From: an uncultured Actinomycetota bacterium
Lineage (GTDB): Bacteria > Actinomycetota > Geothermincolia > Geothermincolales > RBG-13-55-18
Assembly (NCBI GenBank): GCA_964510515.1
Contig: CAZEAU010000001.1
Location: forward strand, 100,503-164,502
Direction of reading: 5' to 3'
DNA length: 64,000 bases
Under the pieces are notes generated by a model, which was given only the letters and a program-made list of their open reading frames with translations, had not been told where the DNA came from and ran no database searches. Positions within the stretch are counted from its first letter, which is position 1. Every line of letters starts with the position of its first letter. Shown in pieces: positions 30,621-40,561 of the stretch. The position numbers and the translations under genes were made by a program.

Positions 30621-30949
30621 CCCCGAGGCCGGGTTCGGGAGCGGGGAAGCGGAGATGACGCAGCTCAAGGGCGGACCTGGCGCGGGTTGTGTTAAGATAG
30701 ACGCGAAGAGAGGAAATACGGGCCCGACCTTGTGCGTTTAACGCCGCAACGTATCGTTGAGCCAACACTTCGATTAAGGGAGCCGTTTTCCGGAGGTGGA
30801 CGCAATGCCCCGAACCCGGGTTGGGGACTGCGGAGACCCGAGGTAGGTGCCCACCTGCGAGGACGCAGGTTCAAGATAGCGGCGATGACGGCAAGGTGGA
30901 GCCCATTTTCCTGGCCTCAAGGGCCCCCTGAAGAGACGCCCTTGCGGGC

Positions 30950-32299
30950 GTGAGGTCCGCGAGGGGGAGAGGCGGTCGCTTGGATCTCTTCGAATCCGCC
31001 AGGGAGGATATCAGGCGCAGGGAGTCGCCCCTCGCCGTGCGCATGCGCCCGCGAACCCTGCAGGAGTTCGTGGGGCAGGACGAGGTGGTGGGCGAGGGCA
31101 CCTATCTGCGCCGCGCCATCGAGGAGGACCGCCTGCAGACGGCCATCTTCTGGGGGCCGCCGGGCTCCGGCAAGACCACGCTGGCGGGCATCATCGCCGG
31201 GGTCTCCGCGGCACACTTCCAGCAGATATCCGCGGTGATCAGCGGGGTCGCCGAGGTGCGCGGGATCATCCGCGAGGCCGGCGACCGCCGGGTCATGCAG
31301 GGCAGGCGCACCATCCTCTTCATCGACGAGATACACCGTTTCAACAAGGCGCAGCAGGACGCTCTCCTGCCAGCGGTGGAGGAGGGCACGATCGTGCTCG
31401 TCGGCGCGACCACCGAGAACCCCTATTTCGAGGTCAACTCGGCCCTGGTCTCGCGCGCCAAGATATTCCGCCTCTCCCCGCTCAGCGGGGAGGAGGTGCG
31501 CACGGTGGTGCGCAGGGCGCTGGCCGACCGCGAACGCGGCCTGGCGGGGCTGGCCCTGGCGGTGGAGGACGAGGCCATAGACCACGTCGTGAGCATGGCG
31601 GGAGGAGATGCCCGGGTGGCGCTCAACATACTGGAGGCCGCGGCGCTGCTGGCGGGGATGCAGGCGGGCGGGGGGCGCATCGACCTCGGCATCGCCGAGG
31701 AGGCGGCCCAGCGCAAGGCTCTCCTCTACGACAAGGCGGGAGACGCGCATTACGACACCGTGTCCGCCTTCATCAAGTCCCTGCGGGGCTCGGACCCCCA
31801 CGCCGGCGTGTACTGGCTGGCGCGCATGCTCCAGGCGGGGGAGGACCCGCGTTTCATCGCCAGGCGCATGGTCATCTTCGCGTCCGAGGACATCGGCCTG
31901 GCCGACAGCCGGGCCCTGCTGGTGGCCGATGCCGCGGCGAGGGCGGTGGAGTTCGTGGGCTTGCCGGAATGCCGCCTCAACCTGGCGCAGGCCGTGCTCT
32001 ACATGGCCCTGGCGCCGAAGAGCAACTCCGCCACGCGGGCCATCGCGGCGGCGCAGGCCGCGCTCGAGGACGGGGCGGCACCCACCGTCCCCGCCCACTT
32101 GAGAGATGCGAGCTATGCGGGCGCCGGGGAGCTCGGGCACGGCAGGGGATACCGCTATCCCCACGATTTCGCGGGCGGCTACGTGCCGCAGCAGTACCTG
32201 CCCGACGGCCTGGAGGGCCGGCAGCTATATGAGCCCGGAGACGCGGGGGAGGAGGAGGGCATGGCCGCGGAGTGGAGGAAACGCCGCGGGCGGATTTGA
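30950..32299 (+). CDS. rarA: replication-associated recombination protein A (RarA/MgsA AAA+ ATPase)
   Basis: LAVRMRPRTLQEFVGQDEVVGEGTYLRRAIEEDRLQTAIFWGPPGSGKTTLA Walker A, Walker [14 protein letters not shown]-terminal MgsA domains. Confidence 0.93.
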   Translation: MRSARGRGGRLDLFESAREDIRRRESPLAVRMRPRTLQEFVGQDEVVGEGTYLRRAIEEDRLQTAIFWGPPGSGKTTLAGIIAGVSAAHFQQISAVISGVAEVRGIIREAGDRRVMQGRRTILFIDEIHRFNKAQQDALLPAVEEGTIVLVGATTENPYFEVNSALVSRAKIFRLSPLSGEEVRTVVRRALADRERGLAGLALAVEDEAIDHVVSMAGGDARVALNILEAAALLAGMQAGGGRIDLGIAEEAAQRKALLYDKAGDAHYDTVSAFIKSLRGSDPHAGVYWLARMLQAGEDPRFIARRMVIFASEDIGLADSRALLVADAAARAVEFVGLPECRLNLAQAVLYMALAPKSNSATRAIAAAQAALEDGAAPTVPAHLRDASYAGAGELGHGRGYRYPHDFAGGYVPQQYLPDGLEGRQLYEPGDAGEEEGMAAEWRKRRGRI

Positions 32300-32364
32300 C
32301 ACCCCGGAAGAGCTGGTGCTATTCTCGAAAACGTTGTTATACCTGCATATACGGGAGATGAAGC

Positions 32365-32754
32365 ATGTATTCGGACAAGGTCATCGAACACTTCCAGAAC
32401 CCGCGCAACGTGGGTGAGATCGCGGACCACGACGGCAAGGGCGAAGCGGGGAGCGAGACCTGCGGGGACATGATGGAGGTATACATCAAGGTCGCCGACG
32501 GGCGCATAGAGGACGTTAAGTACAAGACCTTCGGATGCGGGGCGGCGGTGGCCTCGGGGAGCATGGGCACCGAGATGGCGAAGGGCAAGACCATCGAGGA
32601 GGCCTCGCGCATCACGGACGAGCAGGTGGCGGAGGCCCTGGGCGGCCTGCCGGAGGAAAAACTGCACTGTTCGAACCTGGCCGCCGAGGGCATCAGGGCG
32701 GCCATAGCGGATTACCTCTCCAGAAACGGCGGCGGAGAGGCGGACTTGGGTTAG
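32365..32754 (+). CDS. iscU: Fe-S cluster assembly scaffold IscU/NifU-like
   Basis: HFQNPRNVGEI...GSETCGDMMEV...FGCGAAVAS...LHCSNLA cysteine triad pattern of U-type scaffolds. Confidence 0.88.
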   Translation: MYSDKVIEHFQNPRNVGEIADHDGKGEAGSETCGDMMEVYIKVADGRIEDVKYKTFGCGAAVASGSMGTEMAKGKTIEEASRITDEQVAEALGGLPEEKLHCSNLAAEGIRAAIADYLSRNGGGEADLG

Positions 32755-32763
32755 GCGGGGAAC

Positions 32764-33150
32764 ATGGCAGGCGTGGCGGCGCTCATCTGCGCCATTTCTT
32801 TTGCGCTCTTGATGCTGGCGCTGCTCGTGGTGGTGCTGAAACTGGCGCGCACCATGGCCATAACCAACAGGCTCCTCAACGATATCCGCAAGGAAACCCT
32901 CCCGCTCATGGGCAGGATACAGACGACCATCGATCACATCAATAACGAGATGGGCTACGTCGACGGCGTGCTCAAGTCGCTGGAAAACGTCGCCGCGCGG
33001 GTCAATTCCACCGCCCAGGCGGCGCAGGCATTCGTCACCTCACCCCTGGCGAGGGTGCTCGCAATGGGGCTGGGGGCGTGGAGGGCGCTGGAGCTGTCCG
33101 CGCCGTGGAAGGGGAGCGCAGGGCGCGAAGGGGGAGACGGGAGGGAATAG
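32764..33150 (+). CDS. DUF948-family membrane protein
   Basis: N-terminal TM followed by coiled-coil region typical of DUF948. Confidence 0.55.
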   Translation: MAGVAALICAISFALLMLALLVVVLKLARTMAITNRLLNDIRKETLPLMGRIQTTIDHINNEMGYVDGVLKSLENVAARVNSTAQAAQAFVTSPLARVLAMGLGAWRALELSAPWKGSAGREGGDGRE

Positions 33151-33405
33151 GCCCCGCGCGCCGTCACCTCCCCGCCCGCACGGGGAACGCAAGCAGCGGG
33201 CACCCGGGCATGGGCAGGCCGCCGCCGCGGCCCGCCGCGACCACCAGGGGCCGAGACCGCGTCCCGCAGCGCCCGCCATGACGTTGGCGATGGACTTTGC
33301 GGGGCATAACCTGTTCAATGATGAGGGCGCACGGGCTCGCCGGCAGCGGGAAAGGCGGCCGCCCGGCGAGATGAAGCGCTCGCCGCGGGGCGCGGGAGGA
33401 GAGGG

Positions 33406-36057
33406 ATGAAGAGCGACGAGATAAGAGCCAGGTTCCTCGAATATTTTCAGGGCAGGGGACACCGCCTGGTCAAGAGCTCTTCGCTCATACCCGACGACCC
33501 CACCCTTTTGCTCACCAACGCCGGCATGGTGCAGTTCAAGCCCTATTTCCTGGGCAGCGCCAGGCCGGATTTCAGCCGTGCCGTCACCTGCCAGAAGTGC
33601 GTGCGCACCACGGACGTGGAGAGGGTCGGTCACACCGCCCGCCACCTCACCTTCTTCGAGATGCTCGGCAATTTCAGCTTCGGGGACTATTACAAGAGCG
33701 AGGCCATCTCCTGGGGGTGGGACTTCCTGACCGCGGACATGGGGCTGGAGCCCACCCGCATGTACTGTTCCGTGTTCGAGGAGGACGACGAGGCTTACGG
33801 CATCTGGCGGGACGTGGTCGGCGTTCCCGAGGAGCGCCTGGTGCGGCTGGGGGCCGAGGACAACTTCTGGGACATGGGCGCCACGGGCCCCTGCGGGCCG
33901 TGCTCGGAGATACTCTATGACCTGGGCGACGCATTCGGTTGCGGCGGGCCCGAGTGCGGGCCCGGCTGCGAGTGCGACCGCTATCTGGAGCTGTGGAATC
34001 TCGTCTTCATGCAGTACAACCGCGACGAGCGGGGAGAGCTGACCCCCCTGCCCGCCAAGAGCATTGATACCGGCCTCGGGCTGGAGAGGCTGGCTTCGGT
34101 GCTGCAGGGGGCGGCCAGCAACTTCGAGACCGACGCCCTGGCGGCGGTGCTGCATACCGCCGCGGAGCTGTGTGGGGTGGGCTACGGCGAGGAAGAGGAC
34201 AGCGATATCTCATTGAAGATAGTGGCCGACCATTCCCGGGCGGTGACCTTCCTGGTCGGTGACGGCGTGCTGCCCTCGAACGAGGACCGCGGCTACATCC
34301 TGCGCAGGATCATACGCCGCGCCGTGCGCCACGGCCGCCGCCTGGGCGCGGGCGAGGTATTTTTGCCCCGCATGGTGGCCACGGTTGTCGAGACCATGGG
34401 CGCCGCCTACCCCGACCTCGTGCACAACGCGGCTTTTATCACCTCCATCGTGCGCAGCGAGGAGGAGCGATTCACCCAGACGCTGCGCGGCGGCCTCGCC
34501 TATTTCGAGGAAGCCGTGACCGCCGCCCGCGCGCAGGGGGAGAGCACGCTGCCCGGAGACGTGGTTTTCCACCTGCACGACACGCTGGGGTTCCCCCTCG
34601 ACCTCACGCGCGAACTGGCGAATGAGCGCGGCGTGGGGCTCGACGAGATGCGCTTCGAGGTGCTCATGCGGCAGCAGCGGGAGCGGGCCAGGGCGGCGAG
34701 GGTCGAGGAGGGATATGCGCCGCAGGCGCAGGAGGTTTACCTGCAGATACTGGATAATTTCGGCCAGAGCAGCTTCATAGGTTACGAGGAGCTGAGCGCA
34801 AGGGCCACCCTGGTGGCGGTGGTCAAAGACGGCCGTGCCGTGGCGGCGGCCACGGCCGGCGACGAGGCGGAGATATTCCTCGACCATACCCCGTTCTATG
34901 GGGAGATGGGGGGGCAGGTGGGGGACACGGGCAGGCTGCTCTCCGAGGAGGGCGAGGCCGAGGTCCTGGAGACATCGCGGCCCGCGAGCGGCCTCATCTC
35001 CCACCGCTGCCGCATCCTGCGGGGAGAGCTTTCGGCAGGAGCAGAGGTTGAAGCCGTGGTGGACGGGGAGAGGCGCAACGCCATCCGCCGCAACCATACC
35101 GCCACCCATATCATCCACTGGGCTCTCAGGCAGGTGCTGGGCGAACACGCAAAACAGGCGGGGTCCATGGTCGATGCCAGACATTTGCGCTTCGACTTCA
35201 CCCATTTCCAGCCCCTGTCGGGGGAGGAGCTGACGCGGATCGAAGAGCTCGCCAACCGCAAGGTCCTGGAGGACCTGCCGGTGAGGGCGTACGTTACCAC
35301 CTACGAGTACGCCGCCAGCATCGACGCCGTGGCCCTCTTCGGGGAGAAGTACGAGGACTACGTGCGGGTGGTGGAGGTGGACGAGATAAGCCGCGAGCTC
35401 TGCGGGGGCACCCATGTGGGCCGCACGGGTGAGATAGGCCTGCTGGTCATCGCGGGGGAGAGCGGTATCGGGGCAAATATGCGCAGGATAGAGGCCCTGA
35501 CCGGCATGGAGGCCTACGGCTGTTTCCGCACTCACCGCGAGATGGTCGAGCGCGTGGCCGCGTCGCTGAAGGTGGAGACGGCGGAGCTGCCGCAGAGGGT
35601 CGACCGGCTGCTGCAGCGGGTGAAGGAGCTGGAATCCGAGAACAGAAAGCGGGAGAGGGAGGGCATCGTCTCGCTGGCGGGAGAGGGGATAGCCTGGGAG
35701 GAGAAGCGGTCAGCGGGAGGACAGGCAGTGGTCAGCGCCAGCGTGGAGGGACTGGATGCGCAATCCCTGCGCGAACTGGCGGAGCGCACCCTTAAGGGCC
35801 GGAAGGCGGCCGTCGTGGCCATCGTCAGCGTGCTGGGAGAAAAGGCCAACCTGGTGGTGGCCCTCTCCGGGGAAGCGGCGAGGGCGGGCCTGGACGCCGT
35901 GGGGCTGGCCAAAAGAGCGGGGCGCCTGCTGGGAGGAGGGGGAGGCGGCAGGGCGGAGATGGCGGTCGGGGGAGGCTCCGACACCTCGCGCACCGCGGAC
36001 GCCCTGGCGCAGGTGGTGCAGGAGGCGGGATCGCGCCTGGAAAGAGGACATGCGTAG
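33406..36057 (+). CDS. alaS: alanine--tRNA ligase AlaS
   Basis: 883 aa; FLEYFQGRGHRLVKSSSLIP... class II core, editing domain zinc motif (HTATHIIHWALR; CGGTHV), C-terminal DHHA1 region. Confidence 0.96.
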   Translation: MKSDEIRARFLEYFQGRGHRLVKSSSLIPDDPTLLLTNAGMVQFKPYFLGSARPDFSRAVTCQKCVRTTDVERVGHTARHLTFFEMLGNFSFGDYYKSEAISWGWDFLTADMGLEPTRMYCSVFEEDDEAYGIWRDVVGVPEERLVRLGAEDNFWDMGATGPCGPCSEILYDLGDAFGCGGPECGPGCECDRYLELWNLVFMQYNRDERGELTPLPAKSIDTGLGLERLASVLQGAASNFETDALAAVLHTAAELCGVGYGEEEDSDISLKIVADHSRAVTFLVGDGVLPSNEDRGYILRRIIRRAVRHGRRLGAGEVFLPRMVATVVETMGAAYPDLVHNAAFITSIVRSEEERFTQTLRGGLAYFEEAVTAARAQGESTLPGDVVFHLHDTLGFPLDLTRELANERGVGLDEMRFEVLMRQQRERARAARVEEGYAPQAQEVYLQILDNFGQSSFIGYEELSARATLVAVVKDGRAVAAATAGDEAEIFLDHTPFYGEMGGQVGDTGRLLSEEGEAEVLETSRPASGLISHRCRILRGELSAGAEVEAVVDGERRNAIRRNHTATHIIHWALRQVLGEHAKQAGSMVDARHLRFDFTHFQPLSGEELTRIEELANRKVLEDLPVRAYVTTYEYAASIDAVALFGEKYEDYVRVVEVDEISRELCGGTHVGRTGEIGLLVIAGESGIGANMRRIEALTGMEAYGCFRTHREMVERVAASLKVETAELPQRVDRLLQRVKELESENRKREREGIVSLAGEGIAWEEKRSAGGQAVVSASVEGLDAQSLRELAERTLKGRKAAVVAIVSVLGEKANLVVALSGEAARAGLDAVGLAKRAGRLLGGGGGGRAEMAVGGGSDTSRTADALAQVVQEAGSRLERGHA

Positions 36058-36484
36058 CCTGGGCCTGGACATCGGAGACCGCCGCATCGGGGTCGCCGTC
36101 TCCGACGCGCTCGGGGTCAGCGCCTCCCCCCTGGAGGTGCTGCACGGTCTTGCTCCCCCCCAGCTGCGCGCATACGTCGAGGGCAGGGTCGAGGAGGGCG
36201 TCGGGGTGATCGTGGTGGGGTTGCCGCTGACCCAGGCCGGCCGGGAGGGCGAACAGGCCCGCAAGACAAGGGAGTTCGCGCGTGCCCTGGAGGGTTTGCC
36301 GGGGGTGGAGGTGGTCCTCTGGGACGAGAGGCTGTCCACCGTGGAGGCGACGAGGAGGCTGCGCGAGGCCGGACATGTGGTGAAGGGAAGAAGGGTGGAT
36401 GCGGAGGCGGCGGCGGTGGTCCTCCAGTCCTACCTGGAGTACGGGCAGCGCGGAGACGAAAGCGGGAGACGGGAAGACGCTTGA
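36050..36484 (+). CDS. ruvX: Holliday-junction resolvase-like putative pre-16S rRNA nuclease RuvX/YqgF
   Basis: MRSLGLDIGDRRIGVAVSD N-terminus; overlaps alaS stop by 8 nt. Confidence 0.9.
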   Translation: MRSLGLDIGDRRIGVAVSDALGVSASPLEVLHGLAPPQLRAYVEGRVEEGVGVIVVGLPLTQAGREGEQARKTREFARALEGLPGVEVVLWDERLSTVEATRRLREAGHVVKGRRVDAEAAAVVLQSYLEYGQRGDESGRREDA

Positions 36485-36485
36485 T

Positions 36486-37499
36486 ATGAACCCGGGCGGC
36501 AAAGATCGCAGAAAGTGGATGATCATCGGCATCTTGTGCGGCAGCGTGCTCCTGGTCGTCCTCTTCCTCTCCCTCTTCCTGCACTACTTCTATCCCACGC
36601 GGGGCGATGAGCCCATAGTCGTGGTCATCGAGGAAGGCGATTCCTCGGCCCGCATAGCCGCCAAACTGCACGGCCAGGGAGTGATCACCTCCGCCACCAT
36701 TTTCCGCTTCCTCTCCTGGCTGCAGGGCAAGCAGGGCGACTTCAAACCCGGCAGCTACGTCTTCTACGGGGGGATGCACTTCGGCGAGACCTTCGCCGTG
36801 CTGCAGGCGGGCCCGAATAACTATGTGCGAGTGACGCTGCCCGAAGGGCTGACGGTCGGGCAGACGGCGGCGAGGGTGGCGGAGTCCCTGGCCTTCAGCG
36901 AGGAGGACTTCATGGCCGTGGCCCGTGCCGGCGATTACGCCGTGGACATCATACCCGCGGACAAGCAGGACAACCTCGAGGGATTTCTCTTCCCCAAGAC
37001 CTATGAGTTCCAGGCCGCGGCCCCGCCCCGCGAGGTGGTGACGACGCTCCTGCGCCAGTTCGCTGCGGAGACCGCCAACCTCGATTGGTCGCGGGCGGAA
37101 AGGTTGGGCATCACCCCCCATGGGGCGGTAGTGGCGGCCTCGCTGATCGAAAGGGAGGCGGTGCTGGCGGAGGAGAGGCCACTCATCGCCGCGGTCATAT
37201 TCAACCGCCTGCGTCTGGGCATGCCCCTGCAGATAGACGCCACCGTGCAATACGCCCTTCCGCGGTGGAAGGAAGTGCTCACCTACGAGGACTTGAAGAC
37301 GCCCTCGCCCTACAACACCTACCTGCACAAGGGATTGCCCCCCGCGCCCATCTGCAGCCCGGGGCTCGAGAGCATCAAGGCCGTGTTGGCCCCCGCGGAC
37401 GTCGATTACCTCTACTATGTGGCCACGGGCGACGGGGGCCATTTCTTCACCGCCGACTACGGCGAGTTCCTGAGGGTGAAGGAAGAGGTGCAGAGGTAG
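36486..37499 (+). CDS. mltG: endolytic murein transglycosylase MltG (YceG-like)
   Basis: N-terminal TM, LysM-like region, YceG catalytic domain (NTYLHKGLPPAPICSPGLESIKAVLAP); alaS-ruvX-mltG synteny. Confidence 0.9.
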   Translation: MNPGGKDRRKWMIIGILCGSVLLVVLFLSLFLHYFYPTRGDEPIVVVIEEGDSSARIAAKLHGQGVITSATIFRFLSWLQGKQGDFKPGSYVFYGGMHFGETFAVLQAGPNNYVRVTLPEGLTVGQTAARVAESLAFSEEDFMAVARAGDYAVDIIPADKQDNLEGFLFPKTYEFQAAAPPREVVTTLLRQFAAETANLDWSRAERLGITPHGAVVAASLIEREAVLAEERPLIAAVIFNRLRLGMPLQIDATVQYALPRWKEVLTYEDLKTPSPYNTYLHKGLPPAPICSPGLESIKAVLAPADVDYLYYVATGDGGHFFTADYGEFLRVKEEVQR

Positions 37500-37774
37500 G
37501 CCGCAGCCAGGGCGAGCCGCGCGAAAGAGCGTGGGGCCACGTCTTGCAAGCCCGCGGCAGAACCCCGGGTGCGAACTGGGAAGATATCCGAGAATGTAAA
37601 GATCAAGACTTGACCCCATGCTTTGCCGTGCTATGGCGCGGGCGGGGGGTGTTCATGTTTAATGGGGAAAGGACGAAGTATGAGCAGAAGGCCGCGGATG
37701 CAAGGCGCAGCCCGCCGCGACCCTGCAGGGGCCTGCCGGCGGCGGCGTGGGGCCGAAGGGGAGACCGCGTGGAG

Positions 37775-38263
37775 ATGAGCGAAGGAAGCGAGATACAGGG
37801 GGAACGCCTGCGCGCGCTTGCGGAGGCGTTGGGGATCATGAGCGAAGCCGGAAGGGAGATGACCGGCGATTCCGCCCCGCGGCTGATGTATTTCGCGGGC
37901 AAGGACATGGGATTGAAGGAGGCGGCCGCCTGCGATAACACGGACGACATCGAGCGCGCCCTGAGGTCCGTTTTCCCGGGCAGCGAGGAGGTGTGGAAGG
38001 TAACCCTCTGGAAGAACATGGAGGATGACGACTTCTGGGTGTACGAGCCGGAGGGGATGTTCATACGCCTCCTCTTCGAGCGATGCCCGGTGCGCGATGC
38101 CTGCCTCTCGGCGGGAGTCAGCCTGGACGGGGTCGCATGTCAGGCGGTGCACGGTTACGCCGCCGGCATGCTGGAGAGCATATTCGAACGCAGGGTGGAC
38201 TTGCGCACGGAGCACTCGGGCCCCGGAGCCTGCCTGGTGATGCTGATGACGACCCTGGAGTGA
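37775..38263 (+). CDS. V4R (vinyl-4-reductase) domain protein; alternative longer start at 37655
   Basis: C-terminal ...FERCPVRDACLSAGVSLDGVACQAVHGYAAGMLESIF resembles the V4R CxxxC...C hydrocarbon/ligand-binding domain; stop 4 nt before the hydrogenase-like small subunit. Confidence 0.5.
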   Translation: MSEGSEIQGERLRALAEALGIMSEAGREMTGDSAPRLMYFAGKDMGLKEAAACDNTDDIERALRSVFPGSEEVWKVTLWKNMEDDDFWVYEPEGMFIRLLFERCPVRDACLSAGVSLDGVACQAVHGYAAGMLESIFERRVDLRTEHSGPGACLVMLMTTLE

Positions 38264-38266
38264 GCG

Positions 38267-39169
38267 ATGCGGATAGCGATAACGTCTCTGAGTTCATGCC
38301 TGGGGTGCCAGCTGGTTTTTCTCAGCCTGGAGGATTTTCTCCTGGCGATGATAGGCGAGAACAGCGTGCTCTACGCCCCGCTTCTCGTGGACGCCAAGGA
38401 GCTCCCCGAGGCGGACCTCATCCTGGTCGAGGGGGCGGTGCGGAACGGAGACGATTATCGGCGGGCGAGGGAGGCGCGGGAGAGGGCGGGAAACCTTGTC
38501 GCCCTGGGCACCTGCGCCTGTTACGGGGGCGTGCAGGGAATGGCGAACATGGTTTCGGAACAGAGGCTGATGCGGGGCCGCTTCGGCGCGGAAGCTCGTT
38601 TCGAGGGGGAGCCCCCGGGCACGGGGCGCCTGCTGCCGCTGGACGCTTGCGTCAAGGTGGACGCCTACCTCCCCGGCTGCCCGCCTCCGCTCGGGCTCCT
38701 GAGGTCCTTCCTCGACCTCGCCCTCTCGGCTGATTCCCCCTCGCGCAGGGCCTCCAGCGTATGCGCCGAGTGCGCGGTTTCCGGGGCATCCCTGCCCCAG
38801 CCGGGCCCGCGCCGGACCGTTGAGGCGGCGGGGGAGGCGGGCAAGTGCCTGCTGGAGCAGGGTTTTCTTTGCATGGGCCCGCTGACCAGGGACGGATGCG
38901 GCGCCTTGTGCGTGAACGAGCTCGGCATACCTTGTCACGGCTGCAGGGGCCCGAGCGACGCGGTGCTTGCCGGCGGGGCCGCCGACCCCTGTGCGGAAAC
39001 GCTGCGCCGCCTGGCGAGGGCGACGGGAAGGAAGCGGGGGGATTTGCGGGAGGAGGTCGCAGACCCCGCCCACACCTTTTACAAGTTCTGCCTGGCGGAG
39101 CCGCTTCTGCGCCGCCGCAGGCCCGGGGGCACGGCGCCTTTTCTCCATCGCCTGGGGAGGAAGGGATGA
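38267..39169 (+). CDS. [NiFe]-hydrogenase small-subunit-like Fe-S protein (FrhG/MvhG/NuoB-type, three predicted clusters)
   Basis: Proximal-cluster ligand pattern SSCLGCQ...GTCACYGG...YLPGCPP (NuoB/oxidored_q6 type) plus 8 more Cys in the C-terminal half (CAECAVSG...CLLEQGFLCMGPLTRDGCGALCVNELGIPCHGCRGP). Confidence 0.7.
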   Translation: MRIAITSLSSCLGCQLVFLSLEDFLLAMIGENSVLYAPLLVDAKELPEADLILVEGAVRNGDDYRRAREARERAGNLVALGTCACYGGVQGMANMVSEQRLMRGRFGAEARFEGEPPGTGRLLPLDACVKVDAYLPGCPPPLGLLRSFLDLALSADSPSRRASSVCAECAVSGASLPQPGPRRTVEAAGEAGKCLLEQGFLCMGPLTRDGCGALCVNELGIPCHGCRGPSDAVLAGGAADPCAETLRRLARATGRKRGDLREEVADPAHTFYKFCLAEPLLRRRRPGGTAPFLHRLGRKG

Positions 39170-39208
39170 GCATGGGCGGCACGATGATGAGACGGAGCTG
39201 CTGACGGC

Positions 39209-40528
39209 ATGGCGGAGATAGTCATCGCGCCGCTGACCCGCATCCATGGAAACGCGGCCGTGAGGGTTGTCCTGGACGAGGCCGGAGTGCCGCGTGAGGC
39301 CCACTTCCAGGCATTCGGCTATCGCGGCTTCGACCATATCGCGAGGGGCGCCCACATCGACAACCTGTGCTCGCTGGTTTCGCGCATCTGCGGGGGCGAT
39401 TCCCTCTTTCACCAGCTGGCAGCGGCCATGGCGGTGGAGAACGCGCTGGCGGTGGAGGTCCCCGAGGAAGCGAAGAGGCTGCGGGAGGCGGCCTTGTGGG
39501 GACAGCTCTTCGAGCGCCATGCCGTCTCCCTCACCGTGCACAGCCTGCCGGACCTGCTCTTTCCTTCATCGCACCCCGGCCTGCGCAACATCGTCAGCAT
39601 GCACCGCGTGGACGAGGAGATAGTGAAAAGGTTCATGGCGCTGAAGTCCCTGGGGACCAGGGTGGTGGAGGAGATCGGGGGCAGGGCGGTGCACCCGCTG
39701 AACTTCATGCCCGGCGGTGCGGCCAGGGACATCGATGCGGGGCGCAGGGAGGACTTGACGGCGCGGCTCAAACAGGCCATGCCCCCGCTCATAGAGACGG
39801 GACGCCTGGTCAAGCTGCTGCTGCGCAGGAACGAGGAAGCCGTCCACTCCCTGGGCGGGGAGGCGGCGCCTTGCCTTGCCCTGCGGGGAGAGAGGGGGGT
39901 GGCGGTGAGCGCGCCCCTGCTGGCGGTCACGGGCGCCGCCGGGAAAGACGTGGACTCGGTCGGGCCGGATGAGGCGGCGGGGAGGCTGGTGGAGAGCAAT
40001 TCCGCCCACTCCCACATCAGGAGGGTCGAGATCTCCGGGCTGGGCCGGGTCAGGGTGGGGCCGCTGGCGAGGCTCAACGTCAACCGCCGCTACGGGACCC
40101 CCCGCGCGGACGAAGAGCTGGAGGAGGTCAAGGCCCACTGGGGCTTCCCGCTTCACCGCAACATGACCTCGCACGCGGCGAGGATCCTGGAGATGATCCA
40201 TGCCTGCGAGAGGATGGTCGAACTCCTCGCATTTCCCGCCGCGAAGAGGACGCGGGAGACGCTTTCCCCCGGCGCCGGAAGCGGCGTGGCGGCGCTGGAG
40301 ACGCCGGAGGGGACGCTCGTCTACGCCGTTGCCCTGGACGACGCGGGGATGGTCAAGCGGCTGGCCATAACCTCTCCGCTTCAGTTCAACCTCTGGGCTC
40401 TGGAGAAAGCGGTGCTGGAGAGCGCGCGCAACGTCCCGGGGGGGGCGCAGGCGGGTGAGGGGGTGAGCGTCCTGCTGGAGACGGCGGTGCGCGCCTTCGC
40501 GCCCTGCGTTCCATGCGGGGTGCAGTGA
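39209..40528 (+). CDS. [NiFe]-hydrogenase large-subunit homologue with divergent metal-ligand motifs
   Basis: N-terminus IAPLTRIHGNAAVRV (in place of TRIEGH); L1 motif is SRICGGDSLFH (second Cys of RxCGxCxxxH replaced by Asp); C-terminus is FAPCVPCGVQ-stop (CxxC retained, Asp to Ala, no terminal His, no C-terminal extension); 439 aa. Confidence 0.65.
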   Translation: MAEIVIAPLTRIHGNAAVRVVLDEAGVPREAHFQAFGYRGFDHIARGAHIDNLCSLVSRICGGDSLFHQLAAAMAVENALAVEVPEEAKRLREAALWGQLFERHAVSLTVHSLPDLLFPSSHPGLRNIVSMHRVDEEIVKRFMALKSLGTRVVEEIGGRAVHPLNFMPGGAARDIDAGRREDLTARLKQAMPPLIETGRLVKLLLRRNEEAVHSLGGEAAPCLALRGERGVAVSAPLLAVTGAAGKDVDSVGPDEAAGRLVESNSAHSHIRRVEISGLGRVRVGPLARLNVNRRYGTPRADEELEEVKAHWGFPLHRNMTSHAARILEMIHACERMVELLAFPAAKRTRETLSPGAGSGVAALETPEGTLVYAVALDDAGMVKRLAITSPLQFNLWALEKAVLESARNVPGGAQAGEGVSVLLETAVRAFAPCVPCGVQ

Positions 40529-40561
40529 GCGGACGCGGGGAGGATAAGGAGAGATGACGGC

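Noticed and set aside
30660-30950. tRNA, tmRNA or RNase P RNA in the structured gap before rarA
   Set aside because: No GTTCGAATC-like T-loop, no tmRNA tag-peptide reading frame or 3' CCA-acceptor mimic, and no RNase P conserved GGAAAGTCCGGGCT core. Left as an unclassified candidate only.
37655-37774. Longer N-terminal extension of the V4R protein (start at ATG 37655)
   Set aside because: The extra 40 aa are R/P-rich low complexity and the V4R-like region starts after 37775. Kept only as an alternative start.
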